This document shows positions 18,940 through 29,177 of a stretch of 64,000 nucleotides of DNA, piece after piece (position 1 is the first letter of the stretch; each line of letters begins with the position of its first letter). The stretch comes from Candidatus Poribacteria bacterium (GTDB lineage Bacteria > Poribacteria > WGA-4E > WGA-3G). The DNA is taken from contig OZ251518.1 in assembly GCA_965242965.1 (NCBI GenBank), positions 1,824,001-1,888,000 of the forward strand. The letters run 5' to 3'. The notes under the pieces are model-generated. The model was not told where the DNA came from, searched no databases, and saw only the letters and a program-made list of their open reading frames with translations. The translations under genes were made by a program, and so were the position numbers.

Positions 18940-20418
18940 TCACGCCCAGCTGGCATCAACATAAGCCCTGAGATGTTTCAACGCGCTGCCATTATCAATC
19001 ACAGTTTGAGCACGTTTGACAGCACGGTGCGGTTCCGGGCAAATCCCCAACAGATAATCTACCATCGCCGCGTTTAGGACAATTCTGTCATAGAGATGCC
19101 CTTTCTGTCCGGATAGCGCGGCGATGCCAGCATCGGCGAACGCCTGCGCACTGACGCTTTCGGGACGCGGGCTCCGGGCATAGTCAAACCCGTAGTCAGA
19201 AGGATTAATATCCACGGCAAAATCTTCGCGGTGTCCGTTAAGGCATCGGAAACCTTGCGAATAATTAATCGCCATTCTATCAACGGTAGACGGTTTTCCG
19301 AGGCGGAGCGCGTAATGACTCGTGCCTTCCTCACCCTTAACAGCAACTGCGCCGTCAAACCCGCGTTCCCACGCCAATTGCAGGAGCGGTTTCTCATAAC
19401 CGATATGATAATAGCCTAGCACCATGTAGTTTGCCGTAGCGCGAGTGCCTGTCCTTCGCGTGTCTTCTCCTGCAGCGGAGAAAAACTGCTGTGCTTTTTC
19501 CGTAGCCGCCCACGGTGGACGTTTCTTAATATGCACCCGCAGTTCCCGCAAAGCGTAGGCACCCGGCGAATACTCGCGCTGACTAATATACCCGAACCCG
19601 ACCATTTTGTCGGCGATGCGTTCCGCTGTTTGTTCAAGGGATAGCGTCGTATTCGCGCCGAGCGCGTTCAAAATCGCCTCTTCGGTAACGCCGTTTTTCG
19701 GTGGCATCGCATCGACACTATGCAGCACCGAAGGCTCACCGAGTGCGGCGCGGACAGCTGCCACGAAGAGCGTTGGGCGAAAGTAGCGCGTCGCGCCATC
19801 GTAAGGTTGCCCGAAATGGGTGAGTGAATTGACAGCGATAGGCCGCACATCTTCCGGTGCGAAAAAGGCATCAAGGTAGCCGCGCACCTCCTCGTAGGTC
19901 TCGCGGTTCATCCGCTGCCCGATAAGCGCAGCGGCTTTGAGTGCCGGTTTGACAGCATCGCTGAGGAGCGCGGTGCACATCCGCCGCGTCTCGGCGTAAT
20001 CCAGATGTTTCGCACGTAAAATCTTCTCTAGCGCGGCGACGACAATTGCCTCCGTTGCATTGGCAGGGACGTATCCGCGCCCAGGGGTCATCAGGTAGCG
20101 AATCTCCGCAGGCAACTTCTCTTCAAGCGCAGACTGGTGGTGCCTGAACGCCTCACGTTCCTGCGGACTCCACTGCGTCGCTTCAGGGAAATAGTTGCGG
20201 AGCGTCATGGCAGAAAAAAACGCGCCCATCTGTGCCGCCGAGGCAGTCTCCTCTCGCGGCAGTTCGCCCGACAGCGATTTGAGGATAATTTTCAATACGG
20301 ATGCAGGTTGCGGCCCATCTGGGTTTCCTAACGGGCGCGTCTGATGCGGGCCTGTGCAAACCCTTGCCTGCGCCTCAAGGAGTTCAGGATTAGGGCCTGG
20401 ATAATCAAATGTGTTCAT
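18940..20418 (-). CDS. Anthranilate phosphoribosyltransferase-like (TrpD/YbiB, glycosyltransferase family 3) protein
   Basis: QPYDG, MPPKNGVT, IKKRPPWAATEK and VKGEEG motifs, typical of the TrpD2-like group. Confidence 0.7.
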   Translation of the reverse strand: MNTFDYPGPNPELLEAQARVCTGPHQTRPLGNPDGPQPASVLKIILKSLSGELPREETASAAQMGAFFSAMTLRNYFPEATQWSPQEREAFRHHQSALEEKLPAEIRYLMTPGRGYVPANATEAIVVAALEKILRAKHLDYAETRRMCTALLSDAVKPALKAAALIGQRMNRETYEEVRGYLDAFFAPEDVRPIAVNSLTHFGQPYDGATRYFRPTLFVAAVRAALGEPSVLHSVDAMPPKNGVTEEAILNALGANTTLSLEQTAERIADKMVGFGYISQREYSPGAYALRELRVHIKKRPPWAATEKAQQFFSAAGEDTRRTGTRATANYMVLGYYHIGYEKPLLQLAWERGFDGAVAVKGEEGTSHYALRLGKPSTVDRMAINYSQGFRCLNGHREDFAVDINPSDYGFDYARSPRPESVSAQAFADAGIAALSGQKGHLYDRIVLNAAMVDYLLGICPEPHRAVKRAQTVIDNGSALKHLRAYVDASWA

Positions 20419-20520
20419 TTTTACGTTTCCTTGAAAATTTATGGTTTGATGTCATGATACCACATTGCCACAGTTAACGCAACATGTGATTTTTCAATAC
20501 TAGGACAATTCCGAAAAAAC

Positions 20521-20549
20521 TTGACAAAATCGCGAAAAGAAGTTAAACT
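20521..20549 (+). promoter_or_regulatory. sigma70 promoter
   Basis: TTGACA-17-TAAACT. Confidence 0.55.
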
Positions 20550-20605
20550 ATTAATTGGAATTTTTTCTGATGAAAATGGAAGCGGATTGCAACAAACCTT
20601 ATATC

Positions 20606-21532
20606 ATGCAAACTCACATCTATGCGCGCGGCGCGAAGGAAACCTGTCCCTCGCGTGCCTTCAGTTACACGTTAGGCATCATCATTTTTATCCTCGCTGT
20701 CGGCGGGTGTGATGAACCAACTCCCGTCACCATCACGCCGGAAGAGACAGACAGCATCGTCCTGCGCGACTACATACTGGCAGCGGATGAGACATGGGAT
20801 GCGGAGAAAACCTACACCGTGCATGGCGAATTGGAGATTCCGCCGGACATCACCTTGCGCATCCCGCCAGAGACTACCGTGAGATTCGGACGCGACGCGC
20901 TGGTGAAGGTGAGAGGCATCCTGAAAGTCGGAGTCGATGCAGAACGAGCTGGGGCAGCCACACCGGTGAAATTCACTTCGGATATCCCAGGTCCGCAGCG
21001 CGGCGATTGGCAGGGAATCCTCTTCGATCACACGCATGGACTTGACAGTTTCGTCAGAGGTGCGCAGATTGAATACGCAACCGTCGCCGTGGATATCAAG
21101 ACGACCTCGCCGACAATCGCAGATTGCACGTTCCGCCTGAACGATGTCGCCATCGCTTTAGATGGCAGCAACGCGGTTATCCAGCATAACGCATTCGTGG
21201 ATAACAACATCGGCATCCGCACTATTGGGCGGCAAACGCGCCCGAAAATTGAGCGAAACAGCATCACCCGCAACGAGATAGGCATTCACTGCGAAAATGT
21301 GCAGTCAATTATCCAATATAATAACCTGGGAGGCAACATCCGCGCCCTCAAGTTATGGGTAAAGTTCGACCTGTATGCGCCTGACAATTGGTGGGGCACA
21401 CTGGATGCCGAGTCCATAGACACCGCGATAGTCGATGCCGCTGATCCGGAATTGCTGCATAAACAGGTAGGCACCGTCACCTACGAACCGATTGCCGATG
21501 CACCGATTCCAGATGCCGGCCCCAATCGGTGA
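20606..21532 (+). CDS. Right-handed parallel beta-helix (NosD/pectin-lyase-like) lipoprotein
   Basis: Lipobox-like LAVGGC; GDWQGILF, repeated N-x-I-x-x-N coils and NWWG; start uncertain. Confidence 0.75.
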   Translation: MQTHIYARGAKETCPSRAFSYTLGIIIFILAVGGCDEPTPVTITPEETDSIVLRDYILAADETWDAEKTYTVHGELEIPPDITLRIPPETTVRFGRDALVKVRGILKVGVDAERAGAATPVKFTSDIPGPQRGDWQGILFDHTHGLDSFVRGAQIEYATVAVDIKTTSPTIADCTFRLNDVAIALDGSNAVIQHNAFVDNNIGIRTIGRQTRPKIERNSITRNEIGIHCENVQSIIQYNNLGGNIRALKLWVKFDLYAPDNWWGTLDAESIDTAIVDAADPELLHKQVGTVTYEPIADAPIPDAGPNR

Positions 21533-21546
21533 TGCTTGATGTTCCC

Positions 21547-22033
21547 GTAGCGCGGGGGCCTGTCCCCCGCGATGGCTCAAGAACCGTTTTTTTTATCGTA
21601 GCGCGGGGGCCTGTCCCCCGCGATCGCCATCGACACGATGCGTTTTAGGTCCTTTAGGACCTTAATGTCTATAGAAACCCGTGTCGTCCCGTTGTCAAGG
21701 TCCTTTAGGTCCTTAATAAAAACACGCGCGGACCCGGCAAAAACTATTAAGGACCTAAAGGACCTTAGGGTTCTTCGCTGGCGTGCGAGCTATAGACATT
21801 AAGGTCCTACGGACCTGAAGAGAACAAGAGACGTTTTTTCCGTAGCGTGGCGTGAACGATGGCGAGGGCCTGTCCCTCGCCCTACGGTGAGGAAAGGCGT
21901 TTTTTATCGTAGCGCGGGGGACAGGCCCCCGCGAGTGTTAGATTGCGCGAGCGATGGCGAGGGACAGGCCCTCGCCCTACGATGAAGAGGGGGCTGCCGC
22001 CCTACTGCATCGAGACCGGGAGGTCTCTCCTAC
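21547..22033. repeat. REP mosaic including a four-module block (21645-21820)
   Basis: Direct reading of the sequence. Confidence 0.85.
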
Positions 22034-22096
22034 AAGGATGCATTGAGATATGAAATTTGCCGGGGATCCCTTGAACATCCGCTAGGAACAACAAAA

Positions 22097-23317
22097 ATGC
22101 TCACTATTCTGAACATCTCACAAAACCACTACATCCGCGGCGGTTCTGACCGGTATTTTTTCACGATGGGCGAGGTGTTGCAAAAACAGGGACACCGCGT
22201 GATTCCGTTCACCGCGGCGAGCCCGAAAAACGAACCGACAGAATGGGAACGCTATTTTCCACGCGGTGCCGATTTTGAGCATCCCAGCGCGCTTGACTTA
22301 GGGCGGTTTCTATACTCACGCGATGCTGTCCAATCAATGCGCCGGTTATTACGGGACATAGATGACTCCGCGCCAAAAACTGTAGACATCGCGCATTTCC
22401 ACATTTACTACGGCAAGTTGACTGCCTCCATCTTGGGGGTGCTGAAACAAGCAGGCATTCCGCTGATTCAAACGTTGCACGAGTATAAACTGACCTGTCC
22501 TGTCTACAGTCATCTGTCAAACGATCAGATTTGCGAGGCGTGTGCGGGGAAACATTTTTGGCGCGCGCTCCCGAAGCGGTGCAACCGAGGTTCGCTTGCC
22601 CGCACTGCCTTGAGCGTCACCGAATCTTACGTCTCGCGCAGCCTCGGCGCGGTTGACAAATTCGACCATTTTATCTCTGTCTCGCATTTCTTAAGGAAAA
22701 AGATGGTTGAACACGGTATCCCCGAAACGAAGATTTCGACGGTTCATAACTTCGTTGATGTGTCGGATTTCACGCCAAATTTCGCCGAGGGAGAGTATCT
22801 GCTCTATTTCGGCAGGGTGCATCAGAGTAAGGGGATTTTCACCTTGATAGAGGCGGCGGCTCCGCTGAAACAGGTGCCGCTCATCATCGTCGGTGATGGC
22901 GAAGCACTGCCCGAAGTCCGGCGACAGGTGGAACAGGCTAACTGCGAACATATCCGACTTGTCGGGTTCAAACAAGGCGATGAACTTCGCGAACTGATTG
23001 CGGGAAGCATCTGCACGCTGTTGCCCTCGGAATGGTATGAAAACTGCCCGATGTCCGTTTTAGAATCCTACGCGTATGGCAAACCTGTCATCGGTGCGGA
23101 TATCGGCGGAATTCCAGAACTCATCGCCGATGGCGTAGATGGCTTTCTCGTTCCCTCCGGTGGGACAGAAGCATTACGCGAGAAACTGCTTTGGATGTAT
23201 GAACACAAAGCGGAGGCGGCAGAGATGGGACGTATCGGCCGCCACAAAATGGAAACTCAATTTAACGCGGACATTCATTATGAAAACATTATGAATGTCT
23301 ATCAAAATTTCTTGTAG
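22097..23317 (+). CDS. Glycosyltransferase family 4
   Basis: GGSDRY, TLHEYKLTCP and PSEWYENCPMSVLES (EX7E). Confidence 0.92.
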   Translation: MLTILNISQNHYIRGGSDRYFFTMGEVLQKQGHRVIPFTAASPKNEPTEWERYFPRGADFEHPSALDLGRFLYSRDAVQSMRRLLRDIDDSAPKTVDIAHFHIYYGKLTASILGVLKQAGIPLIQTLHEYKLTCPVYSHLSNDQICEACAGKHFWRALPKRCNRGSLARTALSVTESYVSRSLGAVDKFDHFISVSHFLRKKMVEHGIPETKISTVHNFVDVSDFTPNFAEGEYLLYFGRVHQSKGIFTLIEAAAPLKQVPLIIVGDGEALPEVRRQVEQANCEHIRLVGFKQGDELRELIAGSICTLLPSEWYENCPMSVLESYAYGKPVIGADIGGIPELIADGVDGFLVPSGGTEALREKLLWMYEHKAEAAEMGRIGRHKMETQFNADIHYENIMNVYQNFL

Positions 23318-23568
23318 GCGTGCCCTCCTGGTCCCAAGCGACAAACCCGAAAAAGTAGACGCTTCTCAATCCGTAGCGCGGGGGCCTGTCCCCTGCGAGC
23401 GTTTGGTAATCCGAGACATGGCGAGGGACAGGCCCCCGCCCTACGGGGACAGAGACAAGAAACCCTCCCGTTACCGTAGCGCGGGGGCCTGTCCCCCGCG
23501 AACCTTCGCACATCAAGTAAACGCATCTCAAACCGTAGCGCGGGGCCTGTCCCCCGCGAACTTCACAC

Positions 23569-24609
23569 ATGAAAAGGAGAAACATTTTGGCAGCTAAAGA
23601 CAAACAGACACTTGGAACAACAAAAACTTCACTAGTAACGGGCGGCGCGGGCTTCCTCGGAGCCCATGTCGTCAATGAACTCCTTCGCGATGAAAACCAA
23701 CGCGTCGTTGTTCTCGATGACCTGAGCGGCGGCTTTCGCGAAAATACTAACAGTGCCGCGACGTTCGTTGATGGCAGCATTCTCGATGCACCGTTGGTGA
23801 ACCGGCTGTGCGAGCAGCATCAGTTTGACTACATATACCACCTCGCGGCCTACGCCGCCGAGGGGTTGAGCCACTTCATCAAGCGGTTTAACTATCAGAA
23901 TAACCTCATCGGCAGCGTGAATCTAATAAACGCCGCCGTGAACTATAACGTCAAACACTTCGTGTTCAGTTCGTCCATCGCCGTGTATGGCACGAATCAA
24001 CTGCCGATGCACGAGGAGCTGATACCGATGCCGGAAGATTCTTACGGCATCGCCAAATACGCCGTGGAGCAGGAACTCGCTATATCCAAACACATTTTTG
24101 GCATGGATTACACCATCTTTCGTCCGCATAATGTCTATGGCGAGGGACAGAACATCAGCGACAAGTACCGGAACGTCATCGGCATTTTCATGAATAACAT
24201 CATGAAGGGTGAACCGTTGCGTATTTTCGGCGATGGTGAACAGACGCGCGCCTATACGCACATTGCCGATGTCGCGCCGCATATCGCTCGCGCCGTGGAG
24301 ATACCGGAGGCATCGTGTGAGACGTTCAACGTCGGTTCTGACACCCCTGCCACCGTTAACGAATTAGCAGAACTCGTCATGCAGGCGATGGGAAAAGAGG
24401 TGCCGGTTATCCGTGTTCAGGCGCGGGAAGAGGTAAAACACGCCTATTGCTCCCACGAAAAATTCCAGAAAGTCTTCGGGATACATTCCACGGTATCTCT
24501 GGCAGAGGGTCTAAATCGGATGGCGGCTTGGGCGAAATCCATCGGCGCGCGTCCAGCAACCGGATACTCCGATATCGAAATTCGTAAGAATTTGCCCGAG
24601 GGGTGGTAA
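23569..24609 (+). CDS. NAD-dependent nucleotide-sugar epimerase/dehydratase
   Basis: TGGAGFLG, FSSS, YGIAK (YxxxK) and NVYG. Confidence 0.92.
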   Translation: MKRRNILAAKDKQTLGTTKTSLVTGGAGFLGAHVVNELLRDENQRVVVLDDLSGGFRENTNSAATFVDGSILDAPLVNRLCEQHQFDYIYHLAAYAAEGLSHFIKRFNYQNNLIGSVNLINAAVNYNVKHFVFSSSIAVYGTNQLPMHEELIPMPEDSYGIAKYAVEQELAISKHIFGMDYTIFRPHNVYGEGQNISDKYRNVIGIFMNNIMKGEPLRIFGDGEQTRAYTHIADVAPHIARAVEIPEASCETFNVGSDTPATVNELAELVMQAMGKEVPVIRVQAREEVKHAYCSHEKFQKVFGIHSTVSLAEGLNRMAAWAKSIGARPATGYSDIEIRKNLPEGW

Positions 24610-24624
24610 TCCAAGAAATCCGCG

Positions 24625-26001
24625 TTGCGGAGTTCACGGAAACTTTCACTCAACCGAACCGGTAATTCTAGAATCTTGAAAATCCTGCTTAAACTGCGGC
24701 ATTCGTCTACTCCTTGGGTAATGCTAATTACCTTGGGCGGCATGGGATTCAGCCTTTTCGTCCATTTCAAACTGATTCCGACGCGGTTTGGTGTGAGCGA
24801 AAACGCGGATATCTTGGTTGCCACTTTAAAAAGCGTGCTGCTCATCGATACCGTTGTCCGAGAAGGCGCGAAATTTAGCCTCGTTCCGCTTTTCGTCACA
24901 CAAGAAACGGCGATGAACTCGGCTGCGTATCGGCGTTTCACGAACGGTATCTTCACCGTATCCATCTGCTTCGGTGGCATACTGGCGATGCTGATTGCAG
25001 CCGGTGCCCCTTGGATTGCAAACGGATTGCTACCACGGTATTCCCTCGCCGCGCGTGCCGAAATGGTGACGTTACTGCGCTTGTGTGCACCTTTCGTTCT
25101 CGTCGGATGCGGGAGCACCGCGATGGGTGCGTTTCTGAATAGCCGCCGCCGGTTCAATACGGTAGCACTCCGAAATGCGCTGCCGCCCGCATTCGCAGTA
25201 ACGTGCTTCTTCCTACTCTGGGAGACGGCTAGCCTTGCACGGTGGATAGCGGCGGCATACGCCGTCGGAGCTAGCGGATACTTCGTGTGGCTGTGCATTG
25301 AGGTGCGTCAAACAAGACATCGCTATGCACCAACGCTGCCAACTAGCGAAACACTGCAGGCATTGAGAAACGCATTGACGCTGCCGACACTCGGCTTTGC
25401 TGTCCGGCAACTGTCAACGCGGCTCTTCGTTGAAGTCTATCTAATCGGGCAATTCGGAGCGGGTCTGATTACGCTCTACAACAGCGCGTTCCGCATTTTC
25501 TCGGCGTTACAGACGCTCATCGGTATCAGTCTTGCAACGACAGGGCTACCCGACATGGCAACGCACGATGCTAAAAACGACGCATTGGCATTAGGCCGCG
25601 CGCTCCACCGAAAAGCGCGAACCGCTGTCCTCATCGGGTTTCCTGTCACCTGCGTCATGCTGCTTGCGCATGAACAGATTATCGGTATCCTATACGGACA
25701 AAATTCCGTAGGCCCGGCAGCGACGCAACTGATAGCCGATTTGCTGTTTTGGCTCAGTGCAGGACTGATATTCTCTTGCTTGATTCCTGTGTTGAATGCC
25801 GGCCTCTATGCCCAGAAAGCGTATCGGTTTGTCTTTAGCAATATGGTAACGATGGCAGTCCTGAACATCGGCGTGGCATACGTCTGCGTGGTGACATCGT
25901 GGTGGGTGCTCGGCATCGCGCTAGCGGTTTCCATCAGCGCGCTCCTCGCTGTCGCGAACCTCACGTATCTGCTCCGAAAAACGGGTATTTCTTGGATGTG
26001 A
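24625..26001 (+). CDS. MurJ/MviN-like lipid-linked oligosaccharide flippase (Wzx role)
   Basis: About 12 hydrophobic segments with a MOP-family pattern; true start may be 24721. Confidence 0.75.
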   Translation: MRSSRKLSLNRTGNSRILKILLKLRHSSTPWVMLITLGGMGFSLFVHFKLIPTRFGVSENADILVATLKSVLLIDTVVREGAKFSLVPLFVTQETAMNSAAYRRFTNGIFTVSICFGGILAMLIAAGAPWIANGLLPRYSLAARAEMVTLLRLCAPFVLVGCGSTAMGAFLNSRRRFNTVALRNALPPAFAVTCFFLLWETASLARWIAAAYAVGASGYFVWLCIEVRQTRHRYAPTLPTSETLQALRNALTLPTLGFAVRQLSTRLFVEVYLIGQFGAGLITLYNSAFRIFSALQTLIGISLATTGLPDMATHDAKNDALALGRALHRKARTAVLIGFPVTCVMLLAHEQIIGILYGQNSVGPAATQLIADLLFWLSAGLIFSCLIPVLNAGLYAQKAYRFVFSNMVTMAVLNIGVAYVCVVTSWWVLGIALAVSISALLAVANLTYLLRKTGISWM

Positions 26002-26183
26002 ACATATCACAAACGGAGCGCGAGGACTAAAGTTTGCGAGGGACAGGCCCTCGCACTACGAAAGTAAATATGCCACAAACGGAGCGCGAGGGCGGTGCCC
26101 GTAGGAGAGACCTCCCGGTCTCGATGCAATGTAAACATGCCACAAACTAGCGCGAGGGCCTGTCCCTTGCCGGGAGAATCACT

Positions 26184-27224
26184 TTGCCAGGCCAGCGTCA
26201 AACAACTGCTCGGAACTACAAATATCTCATTGTCGGCGGCACCACAAAAGCGGCGACGACATCGCTGTTCGCTTACCTCGCCGCGCATCCGGCGATTTGC
26301 GCTGCGACTTACAAGGAGACTCGGTTTTTCCTCGACAAAACGTATCCGCTCCCGTCAAAATACCGATACAGCGGAAACGTAGAGGAATACAATCTGCTTT
26401 TTCCGGAGGAGAACGATGGAGATTCGCGCATCCGGCTTGAGTCAACACCGGACTATCTCTATTGCCCGAACGCGCGTGAGCGAATCGCGGAATTTCTGCC
26501 GCACGCCAAACTCGTCTTCAGTCTCCGCGAACCGGTCTCGCGTCTGATTTCGTGGTATCGGTTCGCCAAACAGAACGGCACGTTGCCGCAAACGCTTAGT
26601 TTTGATGGATACGTAGAGATGTTGTTTAAGGAAATTCGCGACCGGGGCACGGCGAGGGACAGGCCCTCGCCCTACGATAGCGCGGGGGCCTGTCCCCCGC
26701 AATCTGTCAACACTAGGAACACACCTCCGCCGGCTACGACAGAACAATATTTGCAAACACTTCAGCAGGGATGCTATACTGTCTATTTGAAGCCCTATTT
26801 TGAGAGATTCGGTGTGGCGCGCATCCACATCCTCTTCTACGAAGACATCGCTGAAAATCCGCGAACTGTTCTGGCAAACCTCTGCGAATTCGCCAGCATT
26901 GATGCCGATTTTTACGAGGATTACACCTTTCAGGTGACAAACCGCACGGAAACGATGAAAAATTCGGAGTTGCATCGGAAATATCGGAACTTTCGGTTTC
27001 AACTTCGGCAGTGGACACATAACAAACCGATAATTCACAATCCGTTGCGAGCGGTGCGAAAAGCCATTGAGCCGCTCTATCTCCGTTTAAACACGCATGC
27101 GGCGGAGCAGGTGGACGTTTCAGAAGAGACGCGCCAACGTTTAGTTGACTATTACCGAGAGGATGTGCAGGCACTCGCCGCACTGATAGGACAACCGGCA
27201 CCGTGGCATCAGTTTTGTCGGTAG
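26184..27224 (+). CDS. PAPS-dependent sulfotransferase (Sulfotransfer_1-like) with in-frame REP insert
   Basis: 5'-PSB GTTKAATTSL, KETRFF, ESTPDY, 3'-PB LREPVSRLISWY; start uncertain. Confidence 0.88.
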   Translation: MPGQRQTTARNYKYLIVGGTTKAATTSLFAYLAAHPAICAATYKETRFFLDKTYPLPSKYRYSGNVEEYNLLFPEENDGDSRIRLESTPDYLYCPNARERIAEFLPHAKLVFSLREPVSRLISWYRFAKQNGTLPQTLSFDGYVEMLFKEIRDRGTARDRPSPYDSAGACPPQSVNTRNTPPPATTEQYLQTLQQGCYTVYLKPYFERFGVARIHILFYEDIAENPRTVLANLCEFASIDADFYEDYTFQVTNRTETMKNSELHRKYRNFRFQLRQWTHNKPIIHNPLRAVRKAIEPLYLRLNTHAAEQVDVSEETRQRLVDYYREDVQALAALIGQPAPWHQFCR

Positions 27225-27240
27225 GAAACAGGACTTACAT

Positions 27241-27449
27241 GAGGGTGTTTCATAACTCTGTAGTTCGGGATCGCCCGATCCCGAACGGGTCAAGATCAGG
27301 CGATCTTGACCTACAGGCGTGATGCGGGCTGCCAGCCAAACGCAGGCGAGGGACAGGTTTTCCCACCTCCCTACGTGAAGGGGCGGCGTTTTTTTCACCG
27401 CAGTGCGGGGCATGTCACCGCGACGTTAAGCAATTTATGAAACACCCTC
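27241..27449. mobile_element. MITE with 14-bp TIRs and a perfect 8-bp target site duplication
   Basis: ACTTACAT-GAGGGTGTTTCATA...TATGAAACACCCTC-ACTTACAT. Confidence 0.85.
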
Positions 27450-27554
27450 ACTTACATCCGTAAGTCCATCGAAAACGGATGCATTGACAGAGATACGGAG
27501 AAAGCCGTGATTGCACAAGAATCCTTATTGAACGCATTAAAAATAAAAGAAAAT

Positions 27555-29174
27555 ATGAAAACGTTTGGCACCCGAGGCCCGGTAACCCCAGAGAAGCACT
27601 ACGTTGTGCCGCGCACGGCTGAGCTCGCCGATTTCCTCCGCCGCGTCACAGAGGGCCGCTATCTCGTGATTTTCGCGCCGCGGCAGACAGGAAAGACGAC
27701 TTTCTTTCGCAGTGCCTTGCAGGTGCTCGCCGCTGATGTCCCCGACTATTTCCCTATTGAACTGAATTTTGAGGAGTATGTCGACATTGCGCCTGCGGAA
27801 TTCTACGAATCCGTTCACGAAGACGTTCTCACGCAAATTGAGCGCGTCTTCCAGAAAGGGGGTGAAACACCTCCCGCGGCTTTAAGCCCACTTTTAGCCC
27901 GGCAGGGCCGAAAGGTAACCAATAATATCTCACTGCGGAAGTTCTTTGAGGAATTCGCGCAGCTGCTTGACTATCCGCGGGTTGTCCTTATCATTGATGA
28001 ATTTGATAACATTCCGCGGGCGGCTGTGCGCGGGTTTCTTCACACGCTCCGGCGCATTTATCACGAGGCCGATGAAAAACGCCGATGCATCCATAGCGTC
28101 GGGATTGTCGGCGTGAAGAATCTCACGCAGCTGGATTACGACAGGACTGTCTCCCCGTTTAATATCCAAGACGAGTTCCACTTGCCGAACTTCACCTTCG
28201 CCCAAGTGCAGGAGCTGCTTGGACAGTATACGGCAGAAGTCGGCCAAGCCTTCACACCGGAAGTTATTGAGCGGCTCCACAGCCAGACTTCCGGGCAGCC
28301 TGTTCTCGTGAACCGATTGGCACTGCTTCTCACCGAGGAGATGGACATACCGCAAGACAAGTCCATTGCCATGGAACACTTTTTCACTGCACACAAGCGA
28401 ATCCTTGGCGAACGGAATGTCAACATTCAGCATCTCACCACGAATGTCCGCCGTAACCCGCGATTTGAACAACTCTTAATGCGTATAGCGTCTCAGGATG
28501 AAGGTATTGAGTTCAACCTGCATGATGAAATCATCAGTGAACTCGCCACTTACGGCGTTATCAAGGAAGGTGAAGATCAGATGTGCGAGATTAGCAATCC
28601 GATTTATCTTCACTGCATCTTGCAGACATTCAAGCCGACGATTAACGGGTTAGAGGCAGAGTATTACCCTCAAGACACCGGCAACGGCGTTCAGGATTAC
28701 CTTACCGCCGCTGGACAAATTGACATGCTGCGGCTCTTGAGCAACTTCCGCGATTTTATTGCGCGCGCCGGCTTTCGCATCCTCCAAGTGCCGCAAAAAC
28801 CGAGAGAATACATCGGACAACACCTGCTGCTCGCCTATCTTGATAACTTTGTGCTTCGGGTACATGGAACGATGAACCTTGAAGTGCAAACGGGCCGTGG
28901 ACGAATCGATCTTCTAATCAACCACGGACAGCGAAAATACATCGTGGAAACGAAGATTTGGCAGGGAGAGAAATCTTATCGGAACGGTATGCAGCAATTG
29001 GCAGCCTACCTCAAGCTGGAGAAGGCCGAGGAAGGATACTACGTCGTCTTCGACCACCGTCCGAAGCCGCAGCCACGAATCGATACAGAAACGGTGGACG
29101 GTGTGACGATTCGGAGTTACGTCATTCCTGTCGTGCAAGAACCTCCTTCTTCAGCGGTTCCACCGAAAACGTAA
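27555..29174 (+). CDS. AAA-like ATPase with C-terminal PD-(D/E)XK nuclease-like domain
   Basis: Walker A APRQTGKT, Walker B IIDEFD, SPFNI; C-terminal GRIDLLI...IVETK...QLAAYL. Confidence 0.85.
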   Translation: MKTFGTRGPVTPEKHYVVPRTAELADFLRRVTEGRYLVIFAPRQTGKTTFFRSALQVLAADVPDYFPIELNFEEYVDIAPAEFYESVHEDVLTQIERVFQKGGETPPAALSPLLARQGRKVTNNISLRKFFEEFAQLLDYPRVVLIIDEFDNIPRAAVRGFLHTLRRIYHEADEKRRCIHSVGIVGVKNLTQLDYDRTVSPFNIQDEFHLPNFTFAQVQELLGQYTAEVGQAFTPEVIERLHSQTSGQPVLVNRLALLLTEEMDIPQDKSIAMEHFFTAHKRILGERNVNIQHLTTNVRRNPRFEQLLMRIASQDEGIEFNLHDEIISELATYGVIKEGEDQMCEISNPIYLHCILQTFKPTINGLEAEYYPQDTGNGVQDYLTAAGQIDMLRLLSNFRDFIARAGFRILQVPQKPREYIGQHLLLAYLDNFVLRVHGTMNLEVQTGRGRIDLLINHGQRKYIVETKIWQGEKSYRNGMQQLAAYLKLEKAEEGYYVVFDHRPKPQPRIDTETVDGVTIRSYVIPVVQEPPSSAVPPKT

Positions 29175-29177
29175 GTT

